Below, piece by piece: positions 59,185-64,000 of a stretch of DNA of 64,000 nt. The stretch comes from Nitrospirota bacterium. Its GTDB lineage: Bacteria > Nitrospirota > UBA9217. The first letter of the stretch is position 1. Each line of letters opens with the position of its first letter. Under the pieces are notes generated by a model. The model did not search any database, had not been told where the DNA came from, and worked only from the letters and a program-made list of their open reading frames with translations. The stretch spans positions 123,304 to 187,303 of the forward strand of contig CAWBNQ010000011.1 of assembly GCA_963790205.1 (NCBI GenBank). The letters are read 5' to 3'. Both the position numbers and the translations under genes were made by a program.

Positions 59185-59901
59185 ATGCCGACGATCAAGA
59201 AAAGGGTTAATGGCGCAAAGAAGCGACAGCCTGAGCAGGAAATTCAGACCCTTGCGCACAACGCGTCCGAATTCATGGCCGCACACAGAAAGAAATTTAC
59301 CGTCATCGCAGCGGCTTTTGCCGCAGTGTTAATCATCGTCGGGGGGCTCCGGTTTACCCGGTCCGTGCAGGAACAAAAGGCGGCGCCGCTGGTGGCCTCC
59401 GCATACAGTTATTACAGTCCCCCCCAGGGAACTGACGCGGACTTCACCAAGGCGCTTGATCTTTTCCGCATCGTTCAGAAGCAGTATCCATCGACCAGAA
59501 GCGGTGCGATCGCCCAGTATTACATAGGAAATTGTCTCGCGAACCTCGGCCGGAATGACGAGGCTCTTACGGAATATCAGTCCTTTGCCGCAAAATACAC
59601 AGGCAATCAATTCCTGCTCGGTCTCGTTTATGAGCGTATGGGGTACGTCTACCTCGCACTTGGTAAACAGGCCGAGGCTGTCAAGGCCTTCGAGCGGTCA
59701 GAGACCCTCATCGGCCCCGGCGCCTCCACCTTGGAACTTGCCAGGCTGTACGAAGCAGCGGGCAACATTACCGCGTCTCAACAGAAATACAAACTGATCG
59801 CCGACAAGCTGGCCGGCACAGCGTGGGCCATGGAGGCTATGGGCAAAGTACAGAAGATTGCGCCGTTGCAGATGCCTGCTCCGCCGGCCGGGGGTAAGTA
59901 A
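59185..59901 (+). CDS. Membrane-anchored TPR protein (YfgM-like)
   Basis: Basic N-terminus, one TM, TPR helices (AQYYIGNC, ERMGYVY, LELARLYE). Confidence 0.75.
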   Translation: MPTIKKRVNGAKKRQPEQEIQTLAHNASEFMAAHRKKFTVIAAAFAAVLIIVGGLRFTRSVQEQKAAPLVASAYSYYSPPQGTDADFTKALDLFRIVQKQYPSTRSGAIAQYYIGNCLANLGRNDEALTEYQSFAAKYTGNQFLLGLVYERMGYVYLALGKQAEAVKAFERSETLIGPGASTLELARLYEAAGNITASQQKYKLIADKLAGTAWAMEAMGKVQKIAPLQMPAPPAGGK

Positions 59902-60065
59902 TTAAAACGGGGAGCAGCCGGTTCATGCCCGGGGACAGCGGGGGGAAATCGTCTTGGTATGTTGTCCCTGCTTGTGCACATTGCCGTCTCGGCGTTGCAT
60001 TCCTGTTTTTGATTTATTAAGAGCATGCAACACGAGTCTTCAGCGCGGGTCCATCCTGGTGTTTT

Positions 60066-62654
60066 ATGAAGGTGAAAGCTGAACATAAAATCATCGCATT
60101 GTCCATTGCGGTCGGACTACTGTTCTGGATCCTGGATGCCTTCATTGACACGCTCATATTCAACCAGAAATTCTTCCTAAAATCCCTTTTCTACATGACT
60201 AATCAGGAAATCTATTTCCGTTGCTTCATGTTGCTCAGCCTTTTCTTCTTCGGCGTCGTGATCTCGCGCATTCTTGCCAGGCAGCGGGAGGTGGAGGCGC
60301 GCTACAAAAATCTCGTAGAACTTTCATCGGATATCATCTATACCTCTGATAAGCAAGGGAACCAGACATTCATGAACGACGCGGCCTTTCGTATACTCGA
60401 GCGTTCGCCGGAAGAAGTGATCGGACACCCGATGATATCGTTGATCCATCCCGAAGACCGGGAGAGGACATTGGAAAAGCTCAAAGAGCTGGCCGACTTG
60501 AACAAGGACGTGCTTAATTTTGAGAACCGGTACATAACCAAAAGCGGGAAAGCGTTGACTGTTCTGCATAATGTACGGAAACTCAGAGACAAGCACGAAA
60601 AGTTCGCCGGGACACAGGGTATTGCGAGAGACATTACGGTACGCAAACAGGCGGAAGAAGAGTTAAAGAAGGCCATGACGAGGATCGAGGAAGAGAAGGC
60701 CCGCTCGGAATCGATCCTTGCGGCCATCGGTGACGGCATCAGTATCGTGGACCGGGACTACCGGATCATCTATCAGAACCATGTCCACAAAAAAATGGTA
60801 GAGGGAGACAAAACCGGCCAATATTGCTATAAAGCGTACTCCGATAGCGATTCCCTTTGTACCGGCTGCCCGGTTGCCGCATCGTTCCAGGACGGCGGGA
60901 TTCACACGCTGGAAAAGATCGTTGCGCGGAACGGAGAAGCCCGGACCCTGGAAATCAAAGCATCGCCGCTCATCGATTTCAGCGGCAAGACCGTTGCGGG
61001 AATAGAAACGGCCCGTGACATCACTGAACGGAAAAAAGCCGGCGAAACGCTGAAATTGTTCTCCGAGGCCATCGAGGAAGCCATGGACGGCATCCAAATC
61101 GTGGACCTGAACGGCACCATCGTCTATTCCAACAAGGCGGTGAGGGACATCTACGGGTTCTCGCCGGACGAACTGTTCGGGAAAAACGTCAACGAAATGA
61201 ACGCAGACAGGGAATTCGCCGGACAGTTCATCTTCCCGGCTATTCGAGACAACGGCAGATGGAACGGCGAGCTCATGGTGGTCCATAAGGACGGCAGAAT
61301 ATTCCCCATCTGGCTTTCAGCCGCATTGGTGAAGGATGATAATGCGGTCCCCATAGCCATGGTGGGGATCATCCGGGACATAACCGAACGCAAACGAGCC
61401 GAAGAAATCATGAAACGCCACCGCGAGCAGCTCGTCAAACTGGTAGAGGAGCGCACAACGGAGCTTACCAGAACGAACGAGAAATTGCGCAAAGAGATCG
61501 CTGACCGCGAAATGATGGAGGAAGAGCTCCTCAAAGCCCAGAAACTGGAGTCCGTCAGCATTCTTGCCGGCGGCATTGCCCACGATTTCAACAACCTCCT
61601 GGCGTCCATCCTCGGCAACATCGGGCTGGCCATGCTCGACATCGACCCCGAGCATCAGGCGTTCAAACAGCTTGTCGGCGCTGAGAAGGCCTCGCTCAGG
61701 GCACAGGACCTGACCCGCCAGCTGCTGACCTTCTCCAAGGGCGGCGCGCCGGTCAAGAAACTGGCGGACATCGGCGAACTGGTCAAGGAGTCTGCAAGCT
61801 TCGCCCTGCGGGGCTCACGGGTGAATTACGAGTTTTCAATTGCCGAGGGCCTGAAGCTTGTCGAGGTTGATGAGGGCCAGATAAGCCAGGTCATTCATAA
61901 TCTGGTCATCAATGCCGATCATGCCATGCCGGAAGGCGGGACCATCGCGATACGCTGCTGTAATATTACGGACCGGGCCCATGGCGTCCTTCCGGTGAGA
62001 GAAGAAGGCTATGTCTGTATCTCCGTTGAAGACCGGGGCGTCGGCGTCCCGAAAGAACATCTGGCGAAGATCTTCGACCCTTACTTCACGACCAAGCAGA
62101 AGGGCAGCGGACTCGGTCTTGCCACCACCTATTCCATTGTAAAAAAGCACGGCGGACACATAACGGTAGAATCCGCACTGGGCGAGGGGACGACCTTTCA
62201 CGTGTTTCTGCCCGCGTCGCGGCAAACGAAGCTGCTGGCTAAGGTCGAGGAAGGAGCGGTTCGCCGGGGGACCGGCACCATTCTGGTGATGGATGACGAA
62301 GCAGAGGTCAGAGAGACGACAGGAAATGTTCTCAAAAGGCTTGGATACAGCGTCGTATACGCCTCAGACGGCGGCGAGGCTGTCGAGCGATATCGTCAGG
62401 CCAGGGATGAGGGCCGCCTTTTTGACCTGGTGATCATGGACCTGACCGTGCCCGGGGGCTTGGGCGGAAAAGAGGCATTAAGGAAGCTTCGCGACCTGGA
62501 TCCCGGCGTCAAGGCGATCGTCTCGAGCGGCTATTCCAATGACCCGGTCATGGCCGATTTCAGAAAACACGGGTTTGACGGCGTCGTGACGAAGCCCTAT
62601 AGGATCAAAGAGCTGAGTGATGAAGTGCACCGGGTCATCACCGGACTGGCGTAG
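60066..62654 (+). CDS. Hybrid sensor histidine kinase (2 TM, 3 PAS, HisKA, HATPase, REC)
   Basis: Three RDIT.RK PAS ends, LAGGIAHDFNN, NLVINA, DPYFTTK, GSGLGL, LVMDDE, MDLTVP, SSGY, KPY. Confidence 0.95.
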   Translation: MKVKAEHKIIALSIAVGLLFWILDAFIDTLIFNQKFFLKSLFYMTNQEIYFRCFMLLSLFFFGVVISRILARQREVEARYKNLVELSSDIIYTSDKQGNQTFMNDAAFRILERSPEEVIGHPMISLIHPEDRERTLEKLKELADLNKDVLNFENRYITKSGKALTVLHNVRKLRDKHEKFAGTQGIARDITVRKQAEEELKKAMTRIEEEKARSESILAAIGDGISIVDRDYRIIYQNHVHKKMVEGDKTGQYCYKAYSDSDSLCTGCPVAASFQDGGIHTLEKIVARNGEARTLEIKASPLIDFSGKTVAGIETARDITERKKAGETLKLFSEAIEEAMDGIQIVDLNGTIVYSNKAVRDIYGFSPDELFGKNVNEMNADREFAGQFIFPAIRDNGRWNGELMVVHKDGRIFPIWLSAALVKDDNAVPIAMVGIIRDITERKRAEEIMKRHREQLVKLVEERTTELTRTNEKLRKEIADREMMEEELLKAQKLESVSILAGGIAHDFNNLLASILGNIGLAMLDIDPEHQAFKQLVGAEKASLRAQDLTRQLLTFSKGGAPVKKLADIGELVKESASFALRGSRVNYEFSIAEGLKLVEVDEGQISQVIHNLVINADHAMPEGGTIAIRCCNITDRAHGVLPVREEGYVCISVEDRGVGVPKEHLAKIFDPYFTTKQKGSGLGLATTYSIVKKHGGHITVESALGEGTTFHVFLPASRQTKLLAKVEEGAVRRGTGTILVMDDEAEVRETTGNVLKRLGYSVVYASDGGEAVERYRQARDEGRLFDLVIMDLTVPGGLGGKEALRKLRDLDPGVKAIVSSGYSNDPVMADFRKHGFDGVVTKPYRIKELSDEVHRVITGLA

Positions 62655-62701
62655 CAGGACGGTGGTCGTTTCTTCTGCGACAGATACCTCAGAACAGCAA
62701 T

Positions 62702-62733
62702 AAAAAAGGCCGGGAAGCTTTTCCCGGCCTTTT
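62702..62733. terminator. Bidirectional terminator
   Basis: AAAAAAGGCCGGGAA-GCTT-TTCCCGGCCTTTT between convergent genes. Confidence 0.85.
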
Positions 62734-62759
62734 CTGCTGTTTGGGCATCGCGCGTCCGG

Positions 62760-64000
62760 TTATATCTGATCGACATCCACCACGAGCTTGATCTTCTGGC
62801 CGGCGCGGACCGAACTGCCGATCCCCTTGTTCCACTCCCTAATGTCGGCAATGGTCACGTTGTGCCTTCTCGCGATCCTCGAAAGCGTTTCTCCCCGGCG
62901 TACCCGGTAGAGGATCTGCTGTTGTTTGCTTCCCTGTTCCGGAGTAAGGTAGCTCATGTCCTGGGTCTTGCCGTTGGTGTCGACGGGAATAAGGACGTGT
63001 TTGCCGGGCAGGATCCTGTTTTTTCTGAGCCCGTTGATATCGCGGATCGCTTCGGGGGTCGTGTTATACTGTTTGGCAAGCCCGGCCAGCGTTTCGCCTT
63101 TCCTGACCTCATGCCGTTCCCAGGTGATCTTCTGTTCCGGCGGGACGGCGGCGTAGTTCGCCTGGAACAATTCTTTTTTGCCGGCCGGGATCTTCACGGT
63201 ATACTTGCTGAACTGAGGCGGCGTCACCCAACGCCGGATTTCGGGGTTCAACTCCTTGATCTCCTCGTAGGAGCAGCCGGCGCAACGGGCGATCAAGCGG
63301 AGGTCGGTGCTCTGCTCGACCACGACTTCGTCGAATTTGTACGGTTCGTATTTGGATACGATAAATCCGTATGCGCCTGGGTTCTTTGCGATGATGGTCG
63401 CGGCCATAAACTTGGGCACGTAGTTCTTGGTTTCCTTCCGGATGTAACGGGAAGCCTTCAGGTCCCAAAAGTCATCGGAGCGCGTCCTGAGCACGGCGCG
63501 CTGCACCTTGCCGGCGCCTGCGTTGTACGAAGCGAGGGCAAGCGACCAGGAGCCGAAGAGATTGTGGAGGTCTTTCAGGTGTTCGGCCGCGGCGTAGGTG
63601 GACTTGATGGGGTCCTTGCGTTCGTCTATCCACCAGTCTATTTTGAGACCATAGAGCTTGCCGGTGGCGGGCATGAACTGCCAGGGGCCCACTGCCCGCG
63701 CCCACGACACTGCGTAGGGATTGAAGCCGCTCTCGATCATGGCTACATAGACGAGATCTTCGGGGAGGTTCTTCTCCTTGAAGATGTCCTTCATAACGGG
63801 AATATACCGCGCGGAACGGTCGAGCCAGAGCTGAAATACGTCCCGCCCGCGCGTCTTGAAATATTCAAGATGGTTCTCGACGCTGTCGTTCAGGATCATG
63901 GGGATGTCGTAGGGTTTTACGTCAGCCGCATCATCGATTGTTTCATCAAGTTGGGCCACGTCTTCTGACGGAGGTTTCAGCTGGGAGGGGATCCCTGCCG
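62760..64000 (-). CDS. mltD: MltD-like lytic transglycosylase with two LysM domains (5' end outside window)
   Basis: AMIESGF, A.GPWQFM, DERKDP, LASYNAG, ET.NYVPK, LysM repeats HEVRKGETL and YRVRRGETL. Confidence 0.9.
   Translation of the reverse strand, partial: AGIPSQLKPPSEDVAQLDETIDDAADVKPYDIPMILNDSVENHLEYFKTRGRDVFQLWLDRSARYIPVMKDIFKEKNLPEDLVYVAMIESGFNPYAVSWARAVGPWQFMPATGKLYGLKIDWWIDERKDPIKSTYAAAEHLKDLHNLFGSWSLALASYNAGAGKVQRAVLRTRSDDFWDLKASRYIRKETKNYVPKFMAATIIAKNPGAYGFIVSKYEPYKFDEVVVEQSTDLRLIARCAGCSYEEIKELNPEIRRWVTPPQFSKYTVKIPAGKKELFQANYAAVPPEQKITWERHEVRKGETLAGLAKQYNTTPEAIRDINGLRKNRILPGKHVLIPVDTNGKTQDMSYLTPEQGSKQQQILYRVRRGETLSRIARRHNVTIADIREWNKGIGSSVRAGQKIKLVVDVDQI

Overview
Bacterial chromosome window with a GC-rich core. 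Gene content and style suggest an anaerobic Nitrospirota- or deltaproteobacterium-like organism (inference). (1) 1-9230 is an accessory island next to the 3' end of hflX: an IS1182-family element inserted into a 1509-aa RHS/YD protein, an IS200-like tnpA relic, a complete IS3-family element with a CAT target duplication, an AT-rich TPR gene, and a small gene bracketed by two copies of the hflX 3' end. The RHS protein has a Cys-rich N-terminus and an unusual ~190-aa domain inserted inside the RHS core. (2) 9235-17978 is housekeeping: hflX, a GT9 heptosyltransferase, livMGF and truA. (3) 18086-24907 is a candidate undescribed redox/metal module: a probably sigma54-driven heptaheme cytochrome c plus cytochrome b, convergent with a secreted CxxCH beta-propeller carrying His/Cys at equivalent blade positions, a Cys-Cys ABC permease, a TPR lipoprotein, a NosL-like protein, a DUF4418-like protein and an ABC ATPase. 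(4) rpmB, then a TetR-led efflux cluster in which one TolC gene precedes RND, MacAB-type and EmrAB-type systems. (5) recG, pilD and a two-component pair. (6) A ~7-kb defence island (45804-53025): mrr split by toxin-antitoxin genes, a Schlafen(AlbA_2)-NB-ARC-TPR protein, a BsuBI/PstI-like R-M pair and an apparently inactive XhoI/PaeR7I-like nuclease. (7) ligA, nfo, small genes, a radical SAM gene, PHP, TPR, a hybrid PAS kinase and a partial mltD. Several otherwise intact genes carry small frameshifts, probably consensus errors. No rRNA, tRNA or CRISPR array was seen. All family calls are by-eye motif recognition; no searches were run.
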